Positions 1 through 10,607 of a stretch of 64,000 nt of DNA are shown here, piece by piece; the first letter of the stretch is position 1, and each line of letters opens with the position of its first letter. Source of the stretch: an uncultured bacterium. Its GTDB lineage: Bacteria > Chloroflexota > UBA5177 > JANWHV01. The position numbers and the translations under genes are program-made. The notes beneath the pieces were generated by a model that did no database searches, was not told where the DNA came from, and was given only the letters and a program-made list of their open reading frames with translations. The stretch covers positions 352,001-416,000 of the forward strand of contig CAWHAE010000010.1 in NCBI GenBank assembly GCA_963827235.1, read 5' to 3'.

Positions 1-790
1 GCCACGATGCCACCTGGCAGCGTCCCGATGTGCCGGTCGAGCTGCTGGGTGGCAGCACCATAGGGGCGGGCGTCAAGGTGACCATCGCGCCCGGCGCTAC
101 CGTGGCGATGGGCCCCAATGCCTACCTGTCCGTGCAGGGCACGCTCCTGGCACAGGGCACCGACGCGGCACCAATCGTCTTCACCAGTGCCTCGTCACAG
201 CCCAAGCCTGGTGACTGGCAGTACATTCGATTCGACGGATCCGGCGCCGCCGGCAGCGTGTTCGACCACGTGCAGGTCTTCTATGGCGGTGGCGGGGATG
301 GCAACGCTCTCGCCATGCTGTCGCTGACGGGAGGAGCCAATCTCACGGTGAGCAACGACGTCTTCAGCCAGGGCGCCGGGCTGGGGATGTCGATTGACGA
401 CGCGACTCGCCCCACCGTGACCGACTGCATCTTCGCCGGGAACGGCAGCTACGCACTCGAGGCGCCGGTCGACGACCTCGGGCTGATCACCGGCACCAGC
501 TACGGGCCGGACCAGACGGGCATGCAGGTGCGTGGCGGCGCGGTCAGCCACGATGCCACCTGGCAGTTTCCCGATGTGCCGGTCGAGCTGCTGGGTGGCA
601 GCACCATAGGGGCGGGCGTCAAGGTGACCATCGCGCCCGGCGCTACCCTGGCGATGGGCCCCAATGCCTACCTGTCCGTGCAGGGCACGCTCCTGGCACA
701 GGGTACCAGCGCGGCGCCAATCACATTCACCAGTGCCCTGGCATATCCCAAGCCGGGCGATTGGCAAGTCATCCGGTTCGACGGCGCCGG
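1..790 (+). repeat. Intragenic tandem repeat, period 546 nt (182 aa)
   Basis: GCCACGATGCCACCTGGCAG... starts at 1 and again at 547; copies nearly identical over about 190 nt, then diverge. Confidence 0.9.
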
Positions 791-1094
791 GGCGAGTCCC
801 AGCGTGCTGGACTATGTGCAGATTCTCTACGGCGGCACCAATGCCGGTGACTTCGGCATGCTGTCCGTGACCGGGGGTGCCAGCCCAACCGTCACGAACT
901 GCCTAGTCGCCGACGCTGCGAAGATAGCAGTCTGGGTGGGAGACGGCCATCCTACCATCGCTTACTGTAGGTTCCGAGATGATGGCGGCGCGGCAATCAG
1001 CATCCCCGCAGCAGATCCAGCGCGTATTCACGACAACACCTTTGCGTCCGGGCAGGCGGGAGTACAGGTGCGGACTAACGGCGAACCGTTTTGA
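3..1094 (+). CDS. C-terminal part of a right-handed parallel beta-helix repeat protein (5' truncated by window)
   Basis: Frame is open from nt 3. Repeated GTLLAQGT..APIxFTS..PGDW..IRFDG module and N/S/T-rich beta-helix turns, typical of secreted or surface proteins. Confidence 0.8.
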   Translation, partial: HDATWQRPDVPVELLGGSTIGAGVKVTIAPGATVAMGPNAYLSVQGTLLAQGTDAAPIVFTSASSQPKPGDWQYIRFDGSGAAGSVFDHVQVFYGGGGDGNALAMLSLTGGANLTVSNDVFSQGAGLGMSIDDATRPTVTDCIFAGNGSYALEAPVDDLGLITGTSYGPDQTGMQVRGGAVSHDATWQFPDVPVELLGGSTIGAGVKVTIAPGATLAMGPNAYLSVQGTLLAQGTSAAPITFTSALAYPKPGDWQVIRFDGAGASPSVLDYVQILYGGTNAGDFGMLSVTGGASPTVTNCLVADAAKIAVWVGDGHPTIAYCRFRDDGGAAISIPAADPARIHDNTFASGQAGVQVRTNGEPF

Positions 1095-1321
1095 GCCACG
1101 CTGCTGCCGGGCACGGTGCATTTGTTAGCCAGGCAGCACCGACGGACGGCGCTCAAGCGAGCCACTCCGCATCAGGCTACGTGGGTGGTCCCATCGGGGC
1201 AGACTGAGCGCCGTCGGTGGCTTTCGTGCCCACGGAATCGATCATCGCTTCCAGCGAAACCGACTGAAGCTCATGGCCTGTACCAGATGAGGACACGTAG
1301 CGCGAGAGCATCGGTCTCGCG

Positions 1322-2179
1322 CTACGTGAGGGCCTGGCGATAGAGCGCGATGAGCTTGCCCCAGGCGCGCTCAGCAGCCGGCTCATTGTAGATCGGTACG
1401 CCGCGCTCCACCGGCATGTCCGGGATGCACCAGCCGTGCAGAGCGCCCGCATAGACCTCGACTTCCGCGGGTACTTGCGCCGCCGCGAACTCCTCTCGCA
1501 GCCTGTCTTTAGCCTCTGGTTGCCGCGTGTCGTCGTTCGCGGCAATGCCGAAATACATGCGCGCCCTGATCTTGGGAGCGAGCAGATGCGGACTATCCGG
1601 CTTCTCCGTGACCAGGCTGCCGCCGTGGAAGGAGGCTGCGGCCCCTACACGCTGGGGGAGTGCCGCGGCGGTCCTGACCGCCAGCGCACCGCCCATGCAG
1701 TAGCCCTGCGTGCCGATCGGCCTGGCGGTGTCGACCTGAGGCTGTGCATCCAGGAAGGCGATGTAAGCAGTGGCATCCTGTTCCAGGGCACCGGGCGCGT
1801 GCAGCGGCGCGACCAATTGCTGGAGTGCCGCCCGGTCGGCCGGATTCTGGAAGCTGAAGGAGCCGGTCAGGACGGGTGCCCTGGACGAGCGATAGTAGGG
1901 GTTGGGCACCAGCACGGCGTAGCCATCCGCCGCCAGCCGCCTGGCCAGATCCCGCATCACCGGGCGGAGCCCGAATGCGTCCGGCCAGATGAGGACGCCG
2001 GGGTGGGCGCCGGACACCGGGTGCAGGAGGACGGCGTCGCAGAGGCCATCGGGAGTCGGGACCACGACGTCGGCTTCCGCAACCGTCAGCGCTGAACCTA
2101 CCCGTGGCGCGGCGGAGGTGCCGGCGTGCTCGCGGCGCGCATGCTGCGATGCCGGCGTGTCCAGCCCGTCATCTGTCAT
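1322..2179 (-). CDS. Dienelactone hydrolase family protein
   Basis: GYCMGG nucleophile motif, WPDAFGLR, FHGG, HGW; AAGGGAAGG RBS before ATG at 2179. Confidence 0.9.
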   Translation of the reverse strand: MTDDGLDTPASQHARREHAGTSAAPRVGSALTVAEADVVVPTPDGLCDAVLLHPVSGAHPGVLIWPDAFGLRPVMRDLARRLAADGYAVLVPNPYYRSSRAPVLTGSFSFQNPADRAALQQLVAPLHAPGALEQDATAYIAFLDAQPQVDTARPIGTQGYCMGGALAVRTAAALPQRVGAAASFHGGSLVTEKPDSPHLLAPKIRARMYFGIAANDDTRQPEAKDRLREEFAAAQVPAEVEVYAGALHGWCIPDMPVERGVPIYNEPAAERAWGKLIALYRQALT

Positions 2180-2574
2180 CGATGAACCTTCCCTTTTCAT
2201 AATCGACTGCGCCAGTTCGGCGCCGGCCCGCTCCACGGTGTGGAAGGGGCCCCATCGATCATGCCCCCAATGTTGCCGAATGCCAATCCGGGGTCCGGGC
2301 TTCCGCGCCGCGCCTGCCGGCGCTGTCATGAGGCGCCCCGGCATTGCGGGGCGACGGGCACCAGCGCCAGTGAGGGACCAGCTAACCTTCGCACTTCCCC
2401 ACTGCCCTGGAACAACGCGATGCAGTGCGCGCTGCACCACCGGAAGCGTTGGCGTGTGCCCGCGACTTGTCACCGGGCCAGGCAATTGGAGTACCCACAA
2501 TGGTCGAGCGAGACGAGCTAAGTGCACGCTTCGCCCACATTTGTCCAGTATGGCGATAGACAATAGTGAGAATA

Positions 2575-2583
2575 TGCTATACT
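2575..2583 (+). promoter_or_regulatory. Extended -10 promoter candidate for the OsmC-like gene
   Basis: TGcTATACT in an AT-rich patch about 45 nt before the ATG; TTGTC-N13-GACAA inverted repeat just upstream. Confidence 0.5.
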
Positions 2584-2626
2584 TGGCTATCAGGTCGCGA
2601 CTACTTCGGAAAGAAGATGAGGTCCC

Positions 2627-3160
2627 ATGGCTGCAGAATCTACGAGCACCACCGTCAATCTGGGCTTCGACCAGCAGCAGCTCGAGGGGCTGATCGCCGC
2701 GGTCAAAGCGCAGCCCGGGGTCGGGAAGACCGTCTGGCAGGCGCGCACACACTGGCTGGGCGGCTTCAGGAGCGAGGCCCACATCCGCGATTTCAGCATC
2801 CAGATGGACGAGCCGCCGCCCTTAGGAGGCTCCAATACGGCACCGAACATGGTCGAGGTGGTGCTCGGCGCCTACGGATCGTGCTTGACCACCGGCTACG
2901 TCATGAACGCGGCGCTCCGCGGCATCAAGCTGGAGTCCGTAGACATCACGCTGGAGGGAGATCTCGACCTCGGCGGATTCTTCGCCCTGTCGCCGGACAC
3001 CCCTCCGGGCTACACCGGTATACGTACCAGCGTGCAGCTGACCGCGCCCGAGGCGACACCTGAGCAGCTAAGGGATCTGCACGAGCACGTTCTGAAGACC
3101 TCTCCGGTGGGATCGATCCTCACGCGGCCCGTCAGCATCGAGACCACGCTGAGTATCTGA
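2627..3160 (+). CDS. OsmC family protein
   Basis: DEPPPLGGSNTAPNMVE..GSC and EGDLDL.GF motifs; C-terminal SPV in place of CPV. Confidence 0.88.
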   Translation: MAAESTSTTVNLGFDQQQLEGLIAAVKAQPGVGKTVWQARTHWLGGFRSEAHIRDFSIQMDEPPPLGGSNTAPNMVEVVLGAYGSCLTTGYVMNAALRGIKLESVDITLEGDLDLGGFFALSPDTPPGYTGIRTSVQLTAPEATPEQLRDLHEHVLKTSPVGSILTRPVSIETTLSI

Positions 3161-3966
3161 ATCGGAGCGGCGACCGATCCGGTACTCCGCACCGATAAAG
3201 ACGGACGGGTCGCTCTATCCTGCCGACGTTCGGGTCCGCCGCGCCATGTTCGGCGAGCGGCGGACGGGACGGCATCGCGGCACGGAGGGTAGAACAGCGC
3301 GTGACTCCGTGCGCGTGGACGATCATCACGGTCGCGCTGCACAGCGGTCTCTGCCGAGCAACGGCGGATCGACACGGGCACGGAGCCGCCTCCGGGACCC
3401 TGCCCCAGCCTGCATAACATTGTCCGCCCGCCGACCAGCACCCGCCTGGCCGGCCGCACAGCCGGGACGCGTCGACCAGACGCAGTATTTCGAGTTGCAG
3501 ATCGCCGTCATTGTCCGGCGCATACGCCGATTTCCGGCACGCCGATCAGCGCGCCCGGCGCTCTATCACCAGCCTGGTAGACTGCAAGTAGGGTGCAAAT
3601 GGCGCTCGAGCCCGGCAGCCCTTCGCGGGTGATTTAGCGCGTACCGCCATGGTTTGGGCACAGGTGAGGCGGCATGTGCGAGGCTACGTCGATTCATCCA
3701 TGCCAGCACTGCTGGACGGTCAGGCGCTACGAATCCGACGACCATTCGGTGCAGACTTTCCACCGGATCCGCCATGCTGCCGCGAGCCCGTTCCAGGCTC
3801 TGCGTATCAGCCCCAGTAGTTGAGCTTGCCGGGGCCACCCCAAATGCCGAGTTTTCGGCAGAGGTGAGATTCGATTAACCGGCATTGACGGAACACGGCA
3901 TCGATACTGCGAAGCCTCGCGTGGGCTTCCCAGTCTCGCATCCGGTTCGGAAAGGGTTGGCGGTCC

Positions 3967-5340
3967 ATGCGCTTCTTCTTCGCCATCGTCACCGCGGGGC
4001 TCGTCATCGCAGCAGTCTGCGGACTGGCCAACACCTGGGACGGCAGCTACTACCTGTTCCGCACGCTCGACAGCCGAGTACCATATGTCACGCACCAGCG
4101 CGTGCTGGACTTTGCCCTCAGTGCACCCAGCCTGGCAGCGAGCTATTTCACGGCAGACCTGAGCTCCATCCGCGTCGTCTTTGGCCTTTCGTACATCCTC
4201 TTGCCTTTGGCGTCGCTGGCGGCATGCTGGTGGATCGTGCGCAAGAGAGCACCGGCGCTCTTCGTCTGGCCGGCGCTCGGTATCGGTATCGGCATGGCTC
4301 CGGGAATGCTCAGCCTCACCACCGAGGCAAACGAAGCAGTGGAGCTGTTCTGGCCGGTTCTGCTCAGTTTGCTGATCGGAATGCCTCGGGAAACCATGTG
4401 GCTGGCGGCGACCATGACCGTGCTGACCTTCTTCACTCACCCCACGTCGGCGGCAATCCTCGCCTTCGGAGCCGTGGTAGCGATTGTGGTCGCCTCACGG
4501 CGGAGCGATGAGCGGCCGATACTGGCCGCCTGGGCGCAAGGTTTGGCGCTGCTGGCCATCGCTCGCTACGTGTTCATCCGCCCCGACTCCTATGAGCAAG
4601 GCGAGCTCTCCCTCAGCACCCTGACCGATAGCTTCAAATCCGCCGTAGAAGGGACGCCACTGTGGGCGCTGACTCTGGCCTGGATAGCGGGCGTGCTGAT
4701 CATCGTCGCCCCATTCGCAGCCAGGCGATGGTCGGCGCAGACGGCGATGATGGTGCGATTCTATGGGGCTGCCTGCGCTGTTGTCGCCGGCATGCTGCTC
4801 ATCTACTGGGCGCAGGACCCGTCGAGCTGGGGCAATGAGCTGTCGTTCAAGGGCTGCGTGCTGGCCGTCTCTGTCCCGTTCTTCCTCCTGGCAACCGCCG
4901 ATGCCCTGGCCGGCGTCTCCCTCAACAAAGACCCCCTTGACCAGCGTGAGGGCCGATTCAGAGTGGGGATTGCCCAGGCTGCAGGCGTCGTTCTGTTTGC
5001 TGTGCTGGCGATCCAAGGCACGCAGTTTGCAGGCCTAACCGATCGATTGCGACAGGAGCTGGCGACGAGCAAGTCGCCCTGCCTGGGCATCGACCAACTA
5101 CCGTACCTGCAGCAGACGGGCCTCAATCACTGGTCGCTCTCCAGCCTTGCCCTTCTGGTGCAGCCCGAGAAGCCGCGCGTCATCGTGCTGTTCGACAACA
5201 CCTGCAAACAGGCCGAGCAAACGGGACGGTTTCAATTGATCAATTGGGACTCGGGCAGCTCCAGCACCACCTGGTTTGACCTGTCGCTCGTGCGTTCGCG
5301 CCTTGCCGCTCAGCGCACTGCGATAGCCAAGATCCGGTAG
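3967..5340 (+). CDS. Hypothetical polytopic membrane protein with soluble C-terminal tail
   Basis: 457 aa with about 11-12 hydrophobic segments; GGAAAGGG RBS; family not recognised. Confidence 0.75.
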   Translation: MRFFFAIVTAGLVIAAVCGLANTWDGSYYLFRTLDSRVPYVTHQRVLDFALSAPSLAASYFTADLSSIRVVFGLSYILLPLASLAACWWIVRKRAPALFVWPALGIGIGMAPGMLSLTTEANEAVELFWPVLLSLLIGMPRETMWLAATMTVLTFFTHPTSAAILAFGAVVAIVVASRRSDERPILAAWAQGLALLAIARYVFIRPDSYEQGELSLSTLTDSFKSAVEGTPLWALTLAWIAGVLIIVAPFAARRWSAQTAMMVRFYGAACAVVAGMLLIYWAQDPSSWGNELSFKGCVLAVSVPFFLLATADALAGVSLNKDPLDQREGRFRVGIAQAAGVVLFAVLAIQGTQFAGLTDRLRQELATSKSPCLGIDQLPYLQQTGLNHWSLSSLALLVQPEKPRVIVLFDNTCKQAEQTGRFQLINWDSGSSSTTWFDLSLVRSRLAAQRTAIAKIR

Positions 5341-5638
5341 GCGACCGCGCTCGTATGCAACCTACTTCACCGGGGGCGCACAGTCCGGCACGATGCGCGC
5401 GGTGAGACCAGAGGGGTGCTCCTGAGCAGCCCGGATAACAATCCCGGCTGGACCGCACCTGACGCAGGACCGGTAGTCTAGAACCGATGGTCACCGATAG
5501 CGGCGGCGGTATCGTCGCCGCTTCCTCTTGCCGGATGCTCGGCGCTTCCCGTTCCAACCAGGGCGGTGGGCTGCCGCCACAATGACTCAACTGACCCGAG
5601 TTCTGAGCAGTTGATGCGATTGATCCTTGCCGTCCGCC

Positions 5639-5665
5639 TAAAGTTTTCTGTGCACGTGCCGATAG
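5639..5665 (+). promoter_or_regulatory. Sigma28 (FliA/SigD)-type promoter upstream of MCP
   Basis: TAAAGTTT-N11-GCCGATAG, one mismatch from consensus TAAAGTTT-N11-GCCGATAA, 65 nt before the chemoreceptor ATG. Confidence 0.8.
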
Positions 5666-5729
5666 ATGAGTGCAGGTGCCTCCGTGACTCCGTACGGTCG
5701 ACCCACGCGAACGAAAGGAACAAGGCGCG

Positions 5730-7808
5730 ATGTCGTGGTTCAGGAATCTTGGCCTCATGTCCAAGCTGCTTGGAGCGTTCATGACAATGTCTCTCCTCGC
5801 ACTGCTAGTCGGTGCAGCGGGCCTAGTCGGACTCAACAACATCAACAGTCGCGCACAGACGATGGCCGACCGCTCGACGCCGGCCATCGTCGACCTGCTG
5901 ACGCTCCACGACAATATCAACTGGGAGATGCGCGCCATCCGCGGCGAGATTCTCGCTACTACAGCCGCGAAGATTGCCGATGTGAGCGGTGATGCCGTGA
6001 CCGCTCGCGCGAACATGCTGGCGGCTTTCAAGAAGTTCCAGGCGCTGCCCTCCCTGAACGCGGCCGACGCCGGCGCGACCGGGCGGATTGGCACGAACCT
6101 TAGCGACTTCATCACTCAGAGCGCAAAGGTGCAGCAGCTAGCAGCCGTGAACACGCCCGCCGGAAAGGCAGCGGCCTTCCAGCTGTCGGGAGGGCCCCAA
6201 GCCGATGCGATCGATCGCATCGACCCCGACTATCAGCTGCTTCTGACAGACGCTCAGAAAGCCGTCGATACCGCCGCCGCGAACGCGAACACGACGTACC
6301 GCGACGCGCGGCTCGCGCTGGCCATCGTGCTGATCCTGACCGTCCTCTTCGCTATGAGCCTGGGCGTGCTGATAGCCCGATCGCTGGTTCGCCCGCTTGC
6401 CGAGGTAGCCCACTCGTTGAACGCCGCGGCGGGTGGCAGCATCGCCGGCCTGGAGGCCGGCATGCAGGCCCTGGCCAGGGGCGACCTGTCGATGGCCGCT
6501 GCCGCGGCGGCTGTGCCGCCAACCTACACGAGCAGGGACGAAATCGGTCGGACAGCCGACGCCGCGCGCCAGATCGTCGCCAAGATACACGGCACCATCG
6601 ACGCCTACGAAGATGCTCGGGCCGAGCTGGCAGGGATGATTCAGCAGGTAGATCGATCGGCAGAACAGGTGAGCATAGGCGTTGCCCAGCTTGCAGATGC
6701 CACCCAGCAAGTGGGTCTAGCCAGCTCCCAGATCGCCCGGTCGATCGAGGAAGTGGCTCGCGGCGCGGCGGAGCAGTCCAAAGATAGCGCCGCGGCGACC
6801 GCCCAGATGACGAGCCTTGACGTGGCGATCACGCGCGTGTCGAGCGGGGCCAAGATACAGCTTCAGACGGTTGAGCAGACCAACCAGGCCGTCGCCGAGG
6901 TTCAGGAGGCCCTCGAGGCCACAACGCAGAACGTCAGCGCCGTCAACGGCGCGGCCGGTCGGGCTGCAGCCACGGCGAAATCCGGCGGAACGGCCGTGGC
7001 ACAGACCATCTCGAGCATCGACAGTGTGCGGGCTGCCGTGAAGAACAGCGCCGATCATGTCGAGGCGTTGGGCAAAGGTAGTCAGGAAATCGGCCAGATC
7101 GTGGAGGCCATTGACGACATCGCTTCCCAGACCAACCTCCTGGCTCTCAATGCCGCGATTGAAGCGGCTCGCGCCGGGGAGCACGGCAAGGGCTTTACTG
7201 TGGTGGCGGCCGAAGTGCGCAAGCTCGCCGAGCGTTCAAGCAGCGAAACCAAAGAGATCACGCTGCGCATCAATGCCATCCAGCAGCGGGTTACCGAGGT
7301 AGTCCAGGCCATGGCCGCGGGCATCAGGGAGGTGGAACAGAGCGCTACTCTTGGTCGCCAAGCCAGTGCTGCCCTGGAGAGTATCCTCGGTGCGGTGGAG
7401 GAGACCCATACCCAGGCCGCGGCAATCACCGGCGCGGTCGGCACAATGGCCACAGGCATGGCAGCCCTCAGCTCGGCATCGGAGAGACTTGCCGCGGTCG
7501 CCAGGGAGACTACCGATGCGGCCGGGCAGATGCAGGAATCCGCGCAGCTGGTGCGAAGCTCGATCGAAAGCATTGTCGCCGTGAGCGAGGAGAGTGCCGC
7601 TGGGGCCGAGGAGGTCTCGGCATCGACGGAGGAACAGAGCGCCACGGCCGAGCAGATGAGCGCGGGAGCGCAGGAGCTCGCAGCCTTAGCTTCCGGACTG
7701 AAGACACAGGTGGCTCGATTCACGATGGCCAAGTCCGACGGTGTGGCCGCTCGGGAGCATCTTCAAGAGAGCAGCTCGCCGGCAAACCGGCCCAGCAGCG
7801 CTGCCTAA
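5730..7808 (+). CDS. Methyl-accepting chemotaxis protein (TM-4HB sensor-TM-HAMP-signalling domain)
   Basis: [40 protein letters not shown] hairpin tip; two TM helices; DEIG HAMP motif; EEQSA methylation sites. Confidence 0.97.
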   Translation: MSWFRNLGLMSKLLGAFMTMSLLALLVGAAGLVGLNNINSRAQTMADRSTPAIVDLLTLHDNINWEMRAIRGEILATTAAKIADVSGDAVTARANMLAAFKKFQALPSLNAADAGATGRIGTNLSDFITQSAKVQQLAAVNTPAGKAAAFQLSGGPQADAIDRIDPDYQLLLTDAQKAVDTAAANANTTYRDARLALAIVLILTVLFAMSLGVLIARSLVRPLAEVAHSLNAAAGGSIAGLEAGMQALARGDLSMAAAAAAVPPTYTSRDEIGRTADAARQIVAKIHGTIDAYEDARAELAGMIQQVDRSAEQVSIGVAQLADATQQVGLASSQIARSIEEVARGAAEQSKDSAAATAQMTSLDVAITRVSSGAKIQLQTVEQTNQAVAEVQEALEATTQNVSAVNGAAGRAAATAKSGGTAVAQTISSIDSVRAAVKNSADHVEALGKGSQEIGQIVEAIDDIASQTNLLALNAAIEAARAGEHGKGFTVVAAEVRKLAERSSSETKEITLRINAIQQRVTEVVQAMAAGIREVEQSATLGRQASAALESILGAVEETHTQAAAITGAVGTMATGMAALSSASERLAAVARETTDAAGQMQESAQLVRSSIESIVAVSEESAAGAEEVSASTEEQSATAEQMSAGAQELAALASGLKTQVARFTMAKSDGVAAREHLQESSSPANRPSSAA

Positions 7809-7841
7809 GCGCATGCCACGCCGGAAGCCACATTGGCAGCG

Positions 7842-7877
7842 CCCGCCAAGCGCGGAGTACACTCCGCGCCTGGCGGG
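7842..7877 (+). terminator. Stem-loop downstream of MCP
   Basis: CCCGCCAAGCGCGGAGT-ac-ACTCCGCGCCTGGCGGG with one mismatch; weak U tail. Confidence 0.55.
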
Positions 7878-8314
7878 TTCAACCTCGGCCTGACTTCTGG
7901 TCGTGTCGTGGGACAGCAGTGGCCGCTTCGCTCTGTCAACGTGGAAGGGCCACGCCACGAGCCCCCAGCACCGGGAAGCGATGGACGCGGCCCTGGCTCT
8001 GCTCAAGCGGTAAGGCGCAAGCGAGCTGGTGAGCAACGCGACCGAGGGCGGTGCCATAGCTCCCGAAGACCAGGCCTGGACGGTGCACGACTGGACACCG
8101 CGTGCGTGCGCAGCCGGGCCGAAGCACACCGCGATCGTGATGCCAAAGTCGACCGTGTCGCAAATGGGTATGAGCAAGATCGTGGGTGGTGGAGACACAG
8201 GGCAGAGTGACGCACGCGCCCCATTCACGGATCTTGCATCGGCGTACACCCCATTCATGCGCGCGCCACCCGGGTAAGGTCGTCGCGGAAAAGTGCACTG
8301 TCGGTGAATTGCTA

Positions 8315-8343
8315 TTTACCACAGCTGCGATAGCTGCTATGCT
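8315..8343 (+). promoter_or_regulatory. Sigma70-type promoter for small ORF at 8457
   Basis: TTTACC-N17-TATGCT with extended TG. Confidence 0.5.
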
Positions 8344-8456
8344 GAATGCAGTAGAGCAAACATCGATGCACTCTGAGTGAACCAGGAACCGTGCGCAGCC
8401 CGAGTGTGCCGGCCGCAGGCACCACCACAACGTCGATTCCGGAAAGGGGTACGACG

Positions 8457-8705
8457 ATGTATCTCGTCAGCAGATTCCGTCAGGTCAGTTTTGTCCGCGG
8501 CCCGCGCATGCGACTGGTGTCTATTCCCGCGGCGCTCGAGGCGCGCTATCCAGAAGGTGCGCGTCTGGAGTCACCACCTGCCGCCGGTGCTCAACGACCC
8601 CAGCTGCAGTGCAGGTGGGACGAGGCGCAGCGGTCCGACGTGTGCCTTGGAGGTGAGCGCTTCCGTGGCAGCGACATGCTCATGCACTGGATGCCGGTCC
8701 ACTGA
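8457..8705 (+). CDS. Small hypothetical protein (82 aa)
   Basis: GGAAAGGGG RBS before ATG and an upstream promoter; family not recognised. Confidence 0.55.
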   Translation: MYLVSRFRQVSFVRGPRMRLVSIPAALEARYPEGARLESPPAAGAQRPQLQCRWDEAQRSDVCLGGERFRGSDMLMHWMPVH

Positions 8706-9008
8706 CACCGGGCTGGGCCTTGGCCTCGCGCAAACAGACGTCGAAGCATGCCGGCGTATACAGTGCCTGTGCTGGCGGTTGTGCTCCCGGCAGCCCACCG
8801 TTGGTGCCGGTTACGGCTTCGTGTCATCGAGCGCTATGACGCCAACGCCGGCACCCTGGGCGATGACCTGCACCACGTCGCCCGGTCCGACCAGCGCGAG
8901 CGTCGCCTGCAAGCCGCCGGTGCCTCGACAACCGCGCGCCATCGGCAGGTCACGTGAGCCGAACGGCACCTGGCAGCCGGGTATGGCGACGGCCTTGAGC
9001 GGGCGTGG

Positions 9009-10607
9009 CTAGTGCAGCGGATCGCCCAGGCGCAGAGTGTCCAGATCCAGGTCGCGCTGAACGCGACGCAGTGCCTCGTCCCCGATCACGTTGCGGTTGC
9101 GCAGTGCCACAAGAGCGCCTCGTTCGGCGTCGAGGAGATCCTTCCGCAGAGCCTTCACCGAGGTGCCGTTGGCTTGCCCCTGGGGCCTGACGCCATCCAG
9201 GCTATCGAGCCGCGCGAGGCGGCGCTCGTAGCGCAGGCGCAGATCGGCGATGAGGTCCTGGGCCGCCTCATCGCCGGCTATCTCGTCACGCGCCGCCCAG
9301 ATTCTGAGGCGTGCCAAAGCCGCTCGTGAGATGGCCAGCCGTGCCAGCCGCTCCTCGCGCTCGACGGTGCCGTCTTCCGCCACCCCCAACCAGCGAATGA
9401 GCGGCGCCAGAGTGAGGCCCTGGCCCACGAGAGTGACCACGATCACGCCAAAGGTCAGGAACACAAGCAGGTCGCGATCGGGAAATGCGCCGTGCATGGC
9501 GGCCGAGGGCAGCGCCAGCGCCGTGGCCAGGGCGATGGCGCCGCGCAAGCCGGCCCACGCCAGGATGCCCTGCTCCGCACTCGTGGGTGCAGGCACCGCC
9601 GCGCCGTTCCGCTGCCTGCGATGGCTGGCGAGAGCGGCACCGGGATAGACCCAGGCTATACGGAGCGCAATCACGATGGCGCTCACCAGGGCTGCTTCGC
9701 CGATCAGCGCGGGGAGCGACCGTCCAGACAGGTCCAGCACGATAGGATGCAGTTGCAGGCCCACCAGGATGAACGTGAGGCCGTTGATCACGAACGTGCC
9801 AAGTTCCCAGATTGCATCGGCCTGAAGACGAGTCTCAGGAGCGATCGCCAGCGGTGAGTGCCGGCCCACATAGAGACCCGCCGAGACGACCGCGAGCACC
9901 CCGGATGCGCCGAGCAGGTCGGCCGGCAAGTAGGCAGCGAAGGGTGTCAACAAGGTCACCACGCCTTCTACCCGGCGATCGGCGATGCGCCGGCGGAGGC
10001 CCAGGACACCAGCGCCAACCAGCAAACCGGCGACGACTCCACCAACCCCGGAGACAACGAATTGCAGGACGGCAGCGGCAAGCGAGAATGAACCGTGTAC
10101 CACGACGCCCACGGCGCTGCCGTACAGCACGAGTGCAGTAGCGTCGTTGACCAGGCTTTCGCCTTCCAGAATGACGACCACGCGCCCCGGTACGCCGAGC
10201 CGAGCCATGATCGAGCCGGCGGCAACCGCATCGGTAGAGGAGACGATGGCACCGAGGACGAAGGAGACCGCCCAGGGCAAGCCCAACAGTACGTGGGCTG
10301 CAAGAGCCACGCCGACCGTCGTCACGATCACCAGGCCGAACGCCAGCGAGGTAATGGGGAACAAGTTGGCCTGGAAGTCACGCCACGAGGTGTGCAGCGC
10401 GTCCCAGTACAGGAGCGGCGGCAGAAAAAGCAGGAACACGAGGTCGGGCTCGAGCACAATGTCCGGCAGCACCCTGTTTGGGACAAAGCCGAGGAGCAGA
10501 CCGCCGAGTACCAGCAGTATGGGATAGGGAATGTCTAGACGGTTGGCCAGCGACACCAGAGCGGCGACTGCTGCAAGCAGAGCCAGCACAAGGGCGATAT
10601 CGTGCAT
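9009..10607 (-). CDS. Na+/H+ antiporter, CPA1 family
   Basis: FLPPLLY, STDAVA, EGESLVNDATAL and GLRGAIALA motifs; C-terminal LDL helix. Confidence 0.95.
   Translation of the reverse strand: MHDIALVLALLAAVAALVSLANRLDIPYPILLVLGGLLLGFVPNRVLPDIVLEPDLVFLLFLPPLLYWDALHTSWRDFQANLFPITSLAFGLVIVTTVGVALAAHVLLGLPWAVSFVLGAIVSSTDAVAAGSIMARLGVPGRVVVILEGESLVNDATALVLYGSAVGVVVHGSFSLAAAVLQFVVSGVGGVVAGLLVGAGVLGLRRRIADRRVEGVVTLLTPFAAYLPADLLGASGVLAVVSAGLYVGRHSPLAIAPETRLQADAIWELGTFVINGLTFILVGLQLHPIVLDLSGRSLPALIGEAALVSAIVIALRIAWVYPGAALASHRRQRNGAAVPAPTSAEQGILAWAGLRGAIALATALALPSAAMHGAFPDRDLLVFLTFGVIVVTLVGQGLTLAPLIRWLGVAEDGTVEREERLARLAISRAALARLRIWAARDEIAGDEAAQDLIADLRLRYERRLARLDSLDGVRPQGQANGTSVKALRKDLLDAERGALVALRNRNVIGDEALRRVQRDLDLDTLRLGDPLH

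Noticed and set aside
2180-2782. Long N-terminal extension of the dienelactone hydrolase ORF
   Set aside because: Overlaps the divergent OsmC-like gene and its promoter; a good RBS supports the 2179 start
3160-3966. 800-nt gap with short ORFs and a small TGCCGA-GTTT-TCGGCA hairpin, considered as riboswitch or gene
   Set aside because: No recognisable riboswitch consensus and no ORF with convincing RBS or protein-like composition
8811-9011. Open frame continuing past the antiporter TAG (possible read-through) and overlapping ORF 8748-8957
   Set aside because: The antiporter C-terminus looks complete; no recoding signal or pyl genes seen; the extension resembles nothing I recognise
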